64,000 nt of DNA, from the NCBI GenBank assembly GCA_037137535.1, contig JBAXKC010000002.1, positions 32,001-96,000 of the forward strand. The letters run 5' to 3'. Below, in pieces: positions 13,392-22,950 of this stretch. Each line of letters begins with the position of its first letter. Position 1 is the first letter of the stretch. Under the pieces are notes generated by a model that was not told the DNA's origin, made no database searches, and saw nothing but the letters and a program-made list of their open reading frames with translations. The DNA is from a bacterium. GTDB lineage: Bacteria; Cyanobacteriota; Vampirovibrionia; Gastranaerophilales; JBAXKC01. Both the position numbers and the translations under genes were made by a program.

Positions 13392-16063
13392 TATTGTGCT
13401 CCTTCTTTTTCATATAAGTGCTCAATATCAAGTATTAATGAGACTTTTCCATCTCCTAAAATAGACATTCCGGAAACATATTTTAAATTTGAGAACTCTT
13501 GTCCTGTAGGCTTAACTACAATTTCTTGTCTTCCTATTACATTTCTCACAGGAAGAGCTTTAAATTTTTGATCTAATTCAACAATTACTATTAATCTAGG
13601 CTCTTCTTCAGGTTTTCCTGTCTTAAATAATTCTGATACTGAAATAATAGGCATAATGTCTTCTCTTACTTTAATCATAGACTTAATACCTTGAATACAG
13701 ACCCACTGCTCTTCTTTAGGTTGTAAAATTTGTTTAACGTTTACCGTAGGAATAATATAATTTGAACCTTCAATATCAACAATAGTTCCATTTAAAACGG
13801 CGTGATTTACTGGAATTTTAAGAATAAAGGTGCTACCTTGACCTTTAACACTATTTATCTCAAGTTTTCCTCCTATTTTTAATATTTCTGTTTTTACAAC
13901 ATCCATACCAACTCCTCTGCCTGAAATATTATTAGCTACTTCAACAGTGGAGAAGCCGGGTAACAAAATGAAATCCTGTATTTCTTTTTCACTATAATCT
14001 TTATTAGGATCAATAAGATTTTTTTCTAAGGCCTTATTATAAACTTTATCTATATCAATACCTTTACCGTCATCAGAAATTTCAATATAGATACTGCCTC
14101 TTTTATTGTATGCAAAAACTTGAACGTTACCTTGTGGAGATTTACCAGACTTAATTCTTTCTTCTTTTGTTTCAATTCCATGTGAAATCGAATTTTTGAC
14201 AAGATGAACTAGCGGATCTAGTATTTTTTCTGTGACAATTCTGTCAATTTCAGTATCATCACCTATTGTTGTAAAATTAATATCTTTACCGAGTTCATTA
14301 ATAGTATCTCTCGCAATTCTAGTAATTTTTTGAAATGTAGACTTTAGAGCAACCATTCTAAGAAACATTGAAATATTCTGTAAATCTTTTGTTATTCTTG
14401 TCATTCTTCCAAGATTGGCTATAAAGAAATTATCCGTTGCATATTTATTAATAGAATGTTGCTCAATTAAAGATTGTGCGATTATAAGCTCTCCAACCAT
14501 ATCAACAAGACTATCAACTTTACTGGTTGCAATTCTCATATATTCTTCTGATGAAGCATTTTGTTTAGTTTGTTGTACTTTTAAAGCACCTAGAGCTTCT
14601 ACTGATTTAATTTTATCTTCTTTAACAGCAACTTGACCAAATTTTAAATCTGGATATTGTTCTTTTTGAATTAATAGAACTTCATTTACATCTTCTTGAT
14701 CTAATATCTTTTGTTCAACAAGAATTTCTCCAATTTTTTTACCATTTAAGTTTATAGCTTCAACACAATGAAGTTCATAATATTCAATTTCTTGTAGATG
14801 ATGATTAATAGTGGAAATAAAACCTCTATCTTTTGCAATACTAATATCATCACATATTTTTTTTATAAAATCTGATGAAGCTAGAATTAGATTAACAATA
14901 GTCTTATCAACATCAATCTTTCCTTTTCTGCAACTATCCATTAAAGTTTCAGTTTGATGAGCAATTTTTTGAATTAAAGTTTGATTTACAAAACCTGCTA
15001 ATCCTTTTATAGTATGGAAAGCTCTAAACATTGAATGTATTATTTCAGCATCATCAGGTGTTTTTTCAAGAGAAAGAAGTTGCGTTTCAATTGATTCAAT
15101 ATGTTCTTTTGCTTCAAAGATGAAGTCCTCTAAAAACTCATCATCAACTGCATCTTCAGCATTAAGCTGTTCTTCTTGAATTTGCTCTTCTTCTTTAAGA
15201 TCTGCCAAATATTTATGAACATCATTTAGAAATTCATTATTTTTGATTAAAGTTAAATCATCACAAATCTTTTTTATTAAATCAACAGATTTGAAAAGAA
15301 AAGTTATAGTATTTGAATTTACTCTCATAGTTCTTTTTCTACAACAATCAAGTAAAGATTCAGTATCTTGAGATATTCTCTGAATTAAAACTTGCCCCGA
15401 AAAACCTGCTAAACCTTTAATAGAGTGAATATCTCGAAATAATAAGTGAATAAAGTTATCATCTTCTAAGTTTTTCTCAAGGTTAATTATATTTTTTTCA
15501 ATTGAATCAAGATGATCTTTGGCTTCAAGAACAAAATCTTCCCAAAATTCATCATTAGCAGCTTCGACTATTTCTATCGTCCCCTCGATAATATTATCTA
15601 AATTATTATTTAGCTCTCTTTCAAGGTTTATAAGGTGCTTTTGAATTTGATCGATAAAGTCTTCATCGGTGCTCATATCTAAATTTTCACAAATAGTCTT
15701 AATAAAATCTGCTGATAATAATAATAAATTAGTTATATTTACATTGACCTTACTTGTACCTTTTCTGCAACAATCCATCAATGTCTCAGTTTCATGGGCA
15801 ATTTTCTGTATTAAGGATTGTCCGACAAATCCTGATGAGCCTTTGATATTATGAAAAGCTCTAAACATTATGTTTATAGAATCGATATTATCAAAATCTT
15901 GCTCAAGAACAAGAGCATTAAACTCAATTATCTCGAGTTCCTCAATTGCTTTTATGATAAATTCAGGAAGAAATTCTTGATAATTAATAGTTTGAGTACC
16001 TACAAACATTTCCTCTTCAAGAAGGCTTCTTAATATATCATCAGGATTAAAATCTTCAGTCAA
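13391..16063 (-). CDS. cheA: CheA kinase with three HPt (P1) domains and an MshEN-like segment (TTG start)
   Basis: Three FRxxHxIKG motifs; LVDMVGEL dimerisation domain; HLVKNSISHG, DDGKG, SGRGVGMDVV; C-terminal CheW domain. Confidence 0.96.
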   Translation of the reverse strand: MTEDFNPDDILRSLLEEEMFVGTQTINYQEFLPEFIIKAIEELEIIEFNALVLEQDFDNIDSINIMFRAFHNIKGSSGFVGQSLIQKIAHETETLMDCCRKGTSKVNVNITNLLLLSADFIKTICENLDMSTDEDFIDQIQKHLINLERELNNNLDNIIEGTIEIVEAANDEFWEDFVLEAKDHLDSIEKNIINLEKNLEDDNFIHLLFRDIHSIKGLAGFSGQVLIQRISQDTESLLDCCRKRTMRVNSNTITFLFKSVDLIKKICDDLTLIKNNEFLNDVHKYLADLKEEEQIQEEQLNAEDAVDDEFLEDFIFEAKEHIESIETQLLSLEKTPDDAEIIHSMFRAFHTIKGLAGFVNQTLIQKIAHQTETLMDSCRKGKIDVDKTIVNLILASSDFIKKICDDISIAKDRGFISTINHHLQEIEYYELHCVEAINLNGKKIGEILVEQKILDQEDVNEVLLIQKEQYPDLKFGQVAVKEDKIKSVEALGALKVQQTKQNASSEEYMRIATSKVDSLVDMVGELIIAQSLIEQHSINKYATDNFFIANLGRMTRITKDLQNISMFLRMVALKSTFQKITRIARDTINELGKDINFTTIGDDTEIDRIVTEKILDPLVHLVKNSISHGIETKEERIKSGKSPQGNVQVFAYNKRGSIYIEISDDGKGIDIDKVYNKALEKNLIDPNKDYSEKEIQDFILLPGFSTVEVANNISGRGVGMDVVKTEILKIGGKLEINSVKGQGSTFILKIPVNHAVLNGTIVDIEGSNYIIPTVNVKQILQPKEEQWVCIQGIKSMIKVREDIMPIISVSELFKTGKPEEEPRLIVIVELDQKFKALPVRNVIGRQEIVVKPTGQEFSNLKYVSGMSILGDGKVSLILDIEHLYEKEGAQ

Positions 16064-16081
16064 AATTTAAAATCTCCAATA

Positions 16082-16450
16082 TTAAATTAATGTTTTATTT
16101 AATTTCTCCACAAATTTATCAGGAGTAAACGGCTTTAATAAAAAATTTCTCACGCCAACCGTAATAGCTTCTCGAATAATAGACTCTTGCCCCATCGCAG
16201 AAACCATAAGTATTTTTTTATCAGGGTGTATCTCAAATATTTTTTTAGCAGCTTCTATACCGTTTAGTTCAGGCATAGTAATATCTAAAGTTATCAAATC
16301 ATAATTATTAGCTTTATCCATTTCAATAGCTTTTAGTCCATTTGGTGCATATTCAATATTAGAATAACCATTATCCTTGAAAATCTTTTGAATCATTGAA
16401 AACATAAATGCTTGGTCATCAACAACGAGTATTTTAATATTTTTTTCCAT
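16082..16450 (-). CDS. cheY: CheY-family response regulator
   Basis: VVDDQ, LDITMP, MVSAMGQ, KPF. Start moved from 16483 to ATG 16450 (MEKNIK), behind AAAGGT. Confidence 0.88.
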   Translation of the reverse strand: MEKNIKILVVDDQAFMFSMIQKIFKDNGYSNIEYAPNGLKAIEMDKANNYDLITLDITMPELNGIEAAKKIFEIHPDKKILMVSAMGQESIIREAITVGVRNFLLKPFTPDKFVEKLNKTLI

Positions 16451-16516
16451 AATTTTAATACCTTTATAAAGCAGACCATTCAATTATATAGGTTTTATTA
16501 TTAAATGTCTCCAAAT

Positions 16517-16984
16517 TTATTCTATTGAATATGCAATATTGAATTTAGAGGTACCTAGCTTAAAAAATATTTTTTTTGATGGAGCCCTACTTATCATCAT
16601 AAACATTTTACTACCTGTTACAATTGTAGGCGGAGTAATATCAACAAGCTCATTAATAGCTTCAGCAACTTTTCCAACGGTATTTCCACCAAGCATGTTT
16701 GTAAACTCAGCTAGAGCACTTTTGCCCATAGAGTCAAGCTCTAAAACCTCTGCACCACCCATCATTCCTGAAATAATACTTAATGCAGTCTCTTTCGTCA
16801 GGCCAAGCACTATATTTCCATTTAACCCTTTGGTTAAACCTATTAATACATTAACTTCTTCTCCAGAATTTAATGATTTCTCCGACAATTCGCACAAAAA
16901 TTTTGGTTCAAGGCCAAACATTGGTAAAAGCTCTGAACATGCATTAATTATCGGATCTTTTAAACTAGAAATTTTTGCAGACAA
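16517..16984 (-). CDS. cheX: CheX-family phosphatase (TTG start)
   Basis: VLIGLT..L.G.I, SALAEFTNM (ExxN), ITPPTIVTG. Confidence 0.88.
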   Translation of the reverse strand: MSAKISSLKDPIINACSELLPMFGLEPKFLCELSEKSLNSGEEVNVLIGLTKGLNGNIVLGLTKETALSIISGMMGGAEVLELDSMGKSALAEFTNMLGGNTVGKVAEAINELVDITPPTIVTGSKMFMMISRAPSKKIFFKLGTSKFNIAYSIE

Positions 16985-16987
16985 AGT

Positions 16988-17464
16988 TTATACCTCTTCA
17001 ATACCTATATCAATAATAAAACTACCTTGTTCTCCTGAATAATAAGCAACTTCCGAATGTATTGTCGGTGATAATATTTCAAGATTTTCAGCAGAAAAAA
17101 TAGCAGGAGGACTAAGCCAGAATTCTCTGTTTTGATACTCATTATTTATATATGTAGTAGCTCTACCACAAAACATATTTGCAAACTCTGCTACATACAA
17201 ATACATATCTTTTGGATCTTCGAAAAAATCACCAAAATTCATTGCCACTGCGAAATTACTTGCTGTTTCAAAGTCACTTTCAAGAAGAATTCGACCTTTC
17301 GTATTTCCACATATTCCAATAATAATGGCAACCTTTGCATTATCTTTTAAAATATTTTCTGAGACGACATTGTACTCTGAATCAACAAGCTCTTTTGTAA
17401 TTTCAGTAAATGCTTTTTTCACATAATCAATAAATTTTTCAATTTTAATAACTTCAATAGACAT
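16988..17464 (-). CDS. cheX: CheX-family phosphatase, second copy
   Basis: IIIGICG..KGRI, VAEFANM (ExxN), LSPPAI. Confidence 0.82.
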   Translation of the reverse strand: MSIEVIKIEKFIDYVKKAFTEITKELVDSEYNVVSENILKDNAKVAIIIGICGNTKGRILLESDFETASNFAVAMNFGDFFEDPKDMYLYVAEFANMFCGRATTYINNEYQNREFWLSPPAIFSAENLEILSPTIHSEVAYYSGEQGSFIIDIGIEEV

Positions 17465-17465
17465 A

Positions 17466-17828
17466 TTAAAGACCTAACAATTCATTTGCAGCCGCAATAA
17501 GTTCATCAGGTTTAAAGGGTTTTGTTACAAAATGGGTTATACCTAATGCTTTTGCTTCATTTACTAATACATCATCACCCATCGCGCTCAACATAATTAT
17601 TTTGACATTTTTATTAATCTCAAATAATCTTGCAGCAGTAGCTATACCATCCATTATTGGCATAGTAACATCCAGCGTGATAAGATCAGGCTGATATTTC
17701 TCATACATTTCTAAGCCTATTTGTCCATTTGATGCATTATCAACTACTTCAAATGATTTTGGCTCTAATGCTCTTTTAACAGCTTTGTAGATAAAAGGGG
17801 AATCATCAATTACAAGAACCTTAACCAT
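17466..17828 (-). CDS. cheY: CheY-family response regulator, first gene of the che operon
   Basis: VIDDS, LDVTMP, LSAMG, KPF; AGGAG RBS. Confidence 0.9.
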   Translation of the reverse strand: MVKVLVIDDSPFIYKAVKRALEPKSFEVVDNASNGQIGLEMYEKYQPDLITLDVTMPIMDGIATAARLFEINKNVKIIMLSAMGDDVLVNEAKALGITHFVTKPFKPDELIAAANELLGL

Positions 17829-17967
17829 TCTCTACACTCCTATAAGATGTCTACCGATTTTATGTTATATATTTAACTCGCCTGTAATTATATAATATTT
17901 TTTATACAATTACTAGCATAAATTAATTCTAGTTATAATTTTGTTTACAATTTAATGTTCTATACTT

Positions 17968-18297
17968 TTATGGCGGCTTACGATTAATATATCTGGATCC
18001 TTTTCTAAAAACACCTCCAGTATTAATTCTTACATTTTGACAATCAAGCTGATAGCCCATATCTTCCATTATCTGACGAACCATATGACCTATCATTTGC
18101 CTAATTCGCAATTTATGCAACTCTGATTTATATTTCAGTTCTAAATTGATTGCAATAGCTTCTACGGCAGGTTTGCCTAAATCCGATGCAGTTTGCATTC
18201 TAATTTTCATTTCATCTGTATTTAAAAATACCCATAGGTCTTTACCAAATTCTGTATGAAATAAATCAGAAAAATTACTAGATTTGTACTCAGACAA
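17968..18297 (-). CDS. Hypothetical protein (TTG start)
   Basis: 109-aa ORF with GAGGA RBS and globular composition; no motif assigned. Confidence 0.7.
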   Translation of the reverse strand: MSEYKSSNFSDLFHTEFGKDLWVFLNTDEMKIRMQTASDLGKPAVEAIAINLELKYKSELHKLRIRQMIGHMVRQIMEDMGYQLDCQNVRINTGGVFRKGSRYINRKPP

Positions 18298-18472
18298 AAC
18301 ACTATCCTCTATTATTGCTTTTATATAAAATAAAATATGACATAGTATAAATTACATAGGTCTCATTTGCACTATATTCCATAAAAATACAAATTTAAAA
18401 CTGAATACAATTTATAATTAACAAATATTAATAAAGTTCGTAAACAAATTATTACAAAAGAAGTAGAAAACC

Positions 18473-18497
18473 TTAAGAACTATTGACGATGATACAC
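18473..18497 (+). promoter_or_regulatory. TTAAG-N13-GATACAC element upstream of the 1147-aa gene
   Basis: Same motif and spacing as 3898-3922 (minus strand). Confidence 0.45.
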
Positions 18498-18549
18498 ATG
18501 AATATTAAAATTTATATCTACCGATTTTGAGTTGGAGTAAATCTATTAT

Positions 18550-21500
18550 ATGAAAATTGACTTGGGTTTTAATTCATTCAAGGCTAATATAACTACTAAA
18601 AATAAAGAAAACTCAAATGCAATTGATCAGAACGCTGACAAAATAAATAATGCCAATATAACAACTCAGGTGCAAACTTCTAAACCTCAATCTAATCCAA
18701 TTACAAATGTAATTAATGGATTAAATCTTCATAAAGTTAATAGTAATAGACTTAAACCTTTAGATTCGGATCAATTTAAAACACCTACTAAATCTAATAT
18801 TAATCAAAATCAACATAATATTACTAATTCAGGTGTTTCTAAGCCTGATATTATTTCTAATGCGCCATTGATAAAAAAAACAGGTACAGCAATTAAACAA
18901 ATAATATCTGCTATTGATAACACTGAAAAATCAATTAATAATCTTAAAATACAGCCCGATAAAATAGAAAGCATAATATCAGAGGAAAATGAACTACCAA
19001 TTCATAGTTCAGATTTATTAGAAATAAGTGCATCTGACAAAACAACAAAAACTCCAATATCAAAACAAATTATTGATGCAATTAATAATACAGAAAAATT
19101 AATTACCCCAAAAAGTGATTTTTCTGATAAAAATAAATCTTTAAAAAATGATATACAAATAGCTACAAGCAAAACGAACTCAACATTGCAAAATCAAGAA
19201 GTAAATGTACTAAATAATGAGATAAAATCAATTAACGGTCATGTTGATTTTCAAGATGATGTTAAACCCACTACAGATAAAACTGCAATTTCAAGCATAA
19301 AAAGACAACAACCTATATCACAGCAAATTATTGATACAATTAACAATACAGAAAAATTAATTTCACCTAAAAATCGACCAGATGTTAATGATGTGGCTAA
19401 TTCTAGTCAAATACAAATGGTTGATGATTCGATTATTCCTGCCAATAAAGAAATAAAAGAACTAAATAAAGAAGTTAAAATTAATAATGAGAAAAAAACC
19501 GAACCAATATCTAAACAAATAATATCTGCTATTAATAATACTGAAAAATTAATTTCGACTAAAAATCAAACAGAGATTAATAATCTGGAAAATTCAAATC
19601 AAATAGTAGAAGTTGATGATTCTATTATTCCTAATATGCATCAAAAAAATGATACAAATATTGATGAAAAAACCAAAGTAGATCAATCAAGTTTGGCAGT
19701 AGATAATACTAATAAAAAAGCAGCTACAACCACGCTCAAACAAATTATGAGTGCAATTGATAATACAGAAAAATTAATTAATCCAAAGAATCAATTAAAT
19801 CCTTCTAAAATTAACCTATCTGAAGATATTAAACCAAAAAAAATACAGATTTCTGCAATTCCAAATTTGGTGGATATAAAAGAAAATATTCAAATTGCAG
19901 GTAAAGAAGTAAAAATAGTTGCTAATAAAAATATGACATTTGAATCATGTCCAGTTGCAACATGGAATATTAAAATTGACGAAGATAAGTCAGTTAAAAA
20001 GCAACAAATTCAGTTTGCAAACGGAAGTCAAAACGCATTAATTACGACATATAAATACGAAGCACCGCTAAATGCTCCTGATTTAGATATTGAAGTTCTT
20101 GCTAATAAAAATCCGAATAATTTTGATACAAAATTAAATATAAATATCAGTAGTTCAACAGTTAATAAAAACGAATCACTGAAAGAAAATGAAATAAATA
20201 AAAAAATTATTACAATGAAACCAAATGAAACAGTTTCTATATCAGTTTCTAACACAGAAAAAAATATAAATATCAAACCCGAACAAATAATATCTAGACA
20301 AGACCAAGGAATTGAAAATGCCTTAATAAAAGCAAGGATTCCAACCACTAATGAAGCAAAAGAAGCTTATAGTTTAGCTAAACAGTTTATTTCCATAGGT
20401 AAGGAAATAAATTCGAATTCTGCAGCAGATAAAAATAATAATGCTGATAAAGAAGCTATAACGTTGCTTCCAACTTATGCATTAACACTTAAAAGAAATG
20501 ACATGACAAGAAATTCACTAAAAAATTACTCCGAATATGTAAAAAATGTGCTTTTAACTCCTGATTTAAAGCCAAAAGATAATGTTCATGATGATATTAT
20601 CAAAATTGCAATGCTTTGGAGCTCTTCATTAAATGATTTTAGTAATCAAACTCAATCGCTTGAAGATTTAGACGTGATAAAAGAGCAATATAGTTTAATT
20701 AAAAACATTATGAATATTCAAATTGAAGAAACAAAAAATAGTGAAAAAAGTAATGTTATAGACAATGATGGTTTAATAAAATTAACAAATTCTCAAAACA
20801 CGTTAACATCAGTAAGTTCAACAGAAAATTGTAATATCAATGCCGAAGGGAAATCTTTTGAAGCAAATGTACTTTGGTATAACGGATTAAAATCATTATC
20901 AGACATTGCTAAAACACTTGGTTACACAAGTGAACACGAAAAATTTTCAACAATGGCAAATATAGTTCAACAAAATTTAATGAAGTTCTGGGACGAGAAT
21001 CAAAATGGATTCAATTCTTTTATTGATAAATCAAATCCAGAACTATCAAAAATTGATAATACTTCACTACTGACAGCTTTAACTGTTACTAACAGACCAT
21101 TTGTAAATAAGCCTGAATTAGAAGCTGCAATTTTAAATAATGCCGAATCTCAAATATTTCCTGAAGAAGATAATCTGAATTCACATGTAAAAACAATACC
21201 AAGAGAAAAAACGGCTCAAGCAGCTCAGTATTTTGACGCTCTTATGAACTTTCAAAAAACCAATCCTGAACTTGTTTCGGATATAGAAATTAGCGAAAAT
21301 ATTGCGCCAATAATAAATAATCTCAAAAAGGATATGAATTTATTATTATCAATGAATAAACCACTAAATGGAATAGTTATACCTAATATAGATGCAATTC
21401 AATTGACTAATAGTAATGCTTGGACAGCAACAACAGTTCTTCAATTGATTAAAGGAACAGAGAATAAAATTTATGATGAAAATAAAAAAATAAAAACAGT

Positions 21501-21993
21501 TGAAGAAAATAAAATTCAACAAAAAAATGCTGATGTTATAACTTCTGAACAGCCATCTAAAATTGTGGTACAAAAACCTGAATACACAAATAAGCCTATA
21601 GCTGCATCTGAAGAAGACAGTAAAATTTCAGCTTTAGAAAAAGAAATAATAACAGAGCCAAATATTCAAATTAAAAAAGCAATAATACCAACTACAAAAC
21701 AAGTAGTAACAGAAAGTATAAAAATTGCAGCTCAAAAAGAGTTAAAAGATGCTCAAAGTAAACTGATAATAGAAAAACTTAAAGAGTCCTCAATCAATGA
21801 AGGAGCTGTTAATAATCCTGAAATTGCTAAATCAAGAAGAACTGAAATCATTAAATTCACTAAAAAATCTGATAAAGAAAAAGACAATAAAGAAGAGCTT
21901 GCTGATGGTGTATTAGCTGAAATAATGAGCACTTTTGGCGACCTTATGCAAAGTGTATTTAGCGGAATAACTAACGGAATATCCGGCAAATAA
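18550..21993 (+). CDS. Large protein: N-terminal repeats plus degenerate amylo-alpha-1,6-glucosidase (glycogen debranching C-terminal)-like domain
   Basis: EGKSFEANVLWYNGL resembles the GDE_C motif GKxVExNALWYNAL; also FWDE and NAWTATTVL (cf. QAWSVAE). Five internal repeats. Confidence 0.6.
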   Translation: MKIDLGFNSFKANITTKNKENSNAIDQNADKINNANITTQVQTSKPQSNPITNVINGLNLHKVNSNRLKPLDSDQFKTPTKSNINQNQHNITNSGVSKPDIISNAPLIKKTGTAIKQIISAIDNTEKSINNLKIQPDKIESIISEENELPIHSSDLLEISASDKTTKTPISKQIIDAINNTEKLITPKSDFSDKNKSLKNDIQIATSKTNSTLQNQEVNVLNNEIKSINGHVDFQDDVKPTTDKTAISSIKRQQPISQQIIDTINNTEKLISPKNRPDVNDVANSSQIQMVDDSIIPANKEIKELNKEVKINNEKKTEPISKQIISAINNTEKLISTKNQTEINNLENSNQIVEVDDSIIPNMHQKNDTNIDEKTKVDQSSLAVDNTNKKAATTTLKQIMSAIDNTEKLINPKNQLNPSKINLSEDIKPKKIQISAIPNLVDIKENIQIAGKEVKIVANKNMTFESCPVATWNIKIDEDKSVKKQQIQFANGSQNALITTYKYEAPLNAPDLDIEVLANKNPNNFDTKLNINISSSTVNKNESLKENEINKKIITMKPNETVSISVSNTEKNINIKPEQIISRQDQGIENALIKARIPTTNEAKEAYSLAKQFISIGKEINSNSAADKNNNADKEAITLLPTYALTLKRNDMTRNSLKNYSEYVKNVLLTPDLKPKDNVHDDIIKIAMLWSSSLNDFSNQTQSLEDLDVIKEQYSLIKNIMNIQIEETKNSEKSNVIDNDGLIKLTNSQNTLTSVSSTENCNINAEGKSFEANVLWYNGLKSLSDIAKTLGYTSEHEKFSTMANIVQQNLMKFWDENQNGFNSFIDKSNPELSKIDNTSLLTALTVTNRPFVNKPELEAAILNNAESQIFPEEDNLNSHVKTIPREKTAQAAQYFDALMNFQKTNPELVSDIEISENIAPIINNLKKDMNLLLSMNKPLNGIVIPNIDAIQLTNSNAWTATTVLQLIKGTENKIYDENKKIKTVEENKIQQKNADVITSEQPSKIVVQKPEYTNKPIAASEEDSKISALEKEIITEPNIQIKKAIIPTTKQVVTESIKIAAQKELKDAQSKLIIEKLKESSINEGAVNNPEIAKSRRTEIIKFTKKSDKEKDNKEELADGVLAEIMSTFGDLMQSVFSGITNGISGK
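18892..19780 (+). repeat. Five dispersed coding repeats, consensus (PIS)KQIIsAInNTEKLI
   Basis: IKQIISAIDNTEKSI, PISKQIIDAINNTEKLI, PISQQIIDTINNTEKLI, PISKQIISAINNTEKLI, LKQIMSAIDNTEKLI. Confidence 0.9.
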
Positions 21994-22004
21994 TTCTGAA
22001 ATAA

Positions 22005-22748
22005 TTAATCCTCTATTTCAACTTTTGCATTGGGATTAAAGGGATTAGTCCGCAATATAAGTGAATATACAAAAGGATAATCAGTTCTTAAATGGTTAAC
22101 ATATAATAACCATTGGCTTATTAGTGAAACATAAACTCTTTTTATATCATTTGAAATATGCTCATAGTCATTTTTTGATAAATTATCAATATCTTTTCTA
22201 TATTCAAGTTCTTGCATTAAATGACAAACTGCCCACAACAAATCACTAAAAAGTTCATGTTCTAATAGGTTTTGATTTTCTAAAAGACTCAACAAGAAAC
22301 TTTTATTATTAATTAGTATATCTTTAATTTTTTTTATAATTATAGAGTCATTTTTAATTTTATAATTATGGTTCTCTATGTTTTTCTTTACAGAAATAAA
22401 ATCTTTTTCTTTCCATTTTGCAGAAATATTCAATAACTCTCTTATTTTATCAAGATTTATATCACTATTAGAGAGTATTTTTAATAATTCTACTCCTAAT
22501 TGAGTAAAAAAAGCACCGATAACCATATACATTTTATTTTGAAGTGCATTTTTCTCTCTAACTGCAATTATTTTGGTAATAATTAAAGTCACAATTAAAA
22601 TTTGCAATGGCAAGAAAGCTAAATCCTGAAATAAGTAAAAAAAGGTGTCCTGTGGTTTATTAAAAATAAAAATCTGAAGAACGTAGATTCCTGTTGAAAT
22701 GAAAACCAGTAAAAAGCCCATTAATATATATTTCAGCAATTTATTCAT
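22005..22748 (-). CDS. Hypothetical membrane protein (2 N-terminal TM helices)
   Basis: Hydrophobic N-terminus with QDLAFLPLQILIVTLII, then a soluble helical C-terminal region. Confidence 0.8.
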   Translation of the reverse strand: MNKLLKYILMGFLLVFISTGIYVLQIFIFNKPQDTFFYLFQDLAFLPLQILIVTLIITKIIAVREKNALQNKMYMVIGAFFTQLGVELLKILSNSDINLDKIRELLNISAKWKEKDFISVKKNIENHNYKIKNDSIIIKKIKDILINNKSFLLSLLENQNLLEHELFSDLLWAVCHLMQELEYRKDIDNLSKNDYEHISNDIKRVYVSLISQWLLYVNHLRTDYPFVYSLILRTNPFNPNAKVEIED

Positions 22749-22770
22749 TATCTTAAATCCATTATTAATC

Positions 22771-22796
22771 TAATAATCTATTCAAATAGATTATTA
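22771..22796. promoter_or_regulatory. Perfect inverted repeat TAATAATCTATT-CA-AATAGATTATTA in a divergent promoter region
   Basis: 12-bp arms with a 2-nt spacer, too short a loop for a terminator; lies between divergent genes. Confidence 0.45.
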
Positions 22797-22950
22797 AGAA
22801 TAGAAGTAAGTGTAAAGCATAATCAATTTTAAATACTTTTATAAATTTTTATTAATTAAATTTAGAAAGATAGAGATGACTTTTATCAAAATATCTTCGG
22901 TTTGCCTTATAATATAAGCAAGTTACGTATAAAAAATTGGAAAAAAGTCA

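Noticed and set aside
18892-19780. CRISPR array or DNA-level tandem repeat
   Set aside because: The repeats are in-frame, vary at synonymous positions and are irregularly spaced, so they are protein repeats. No cas genes are present.
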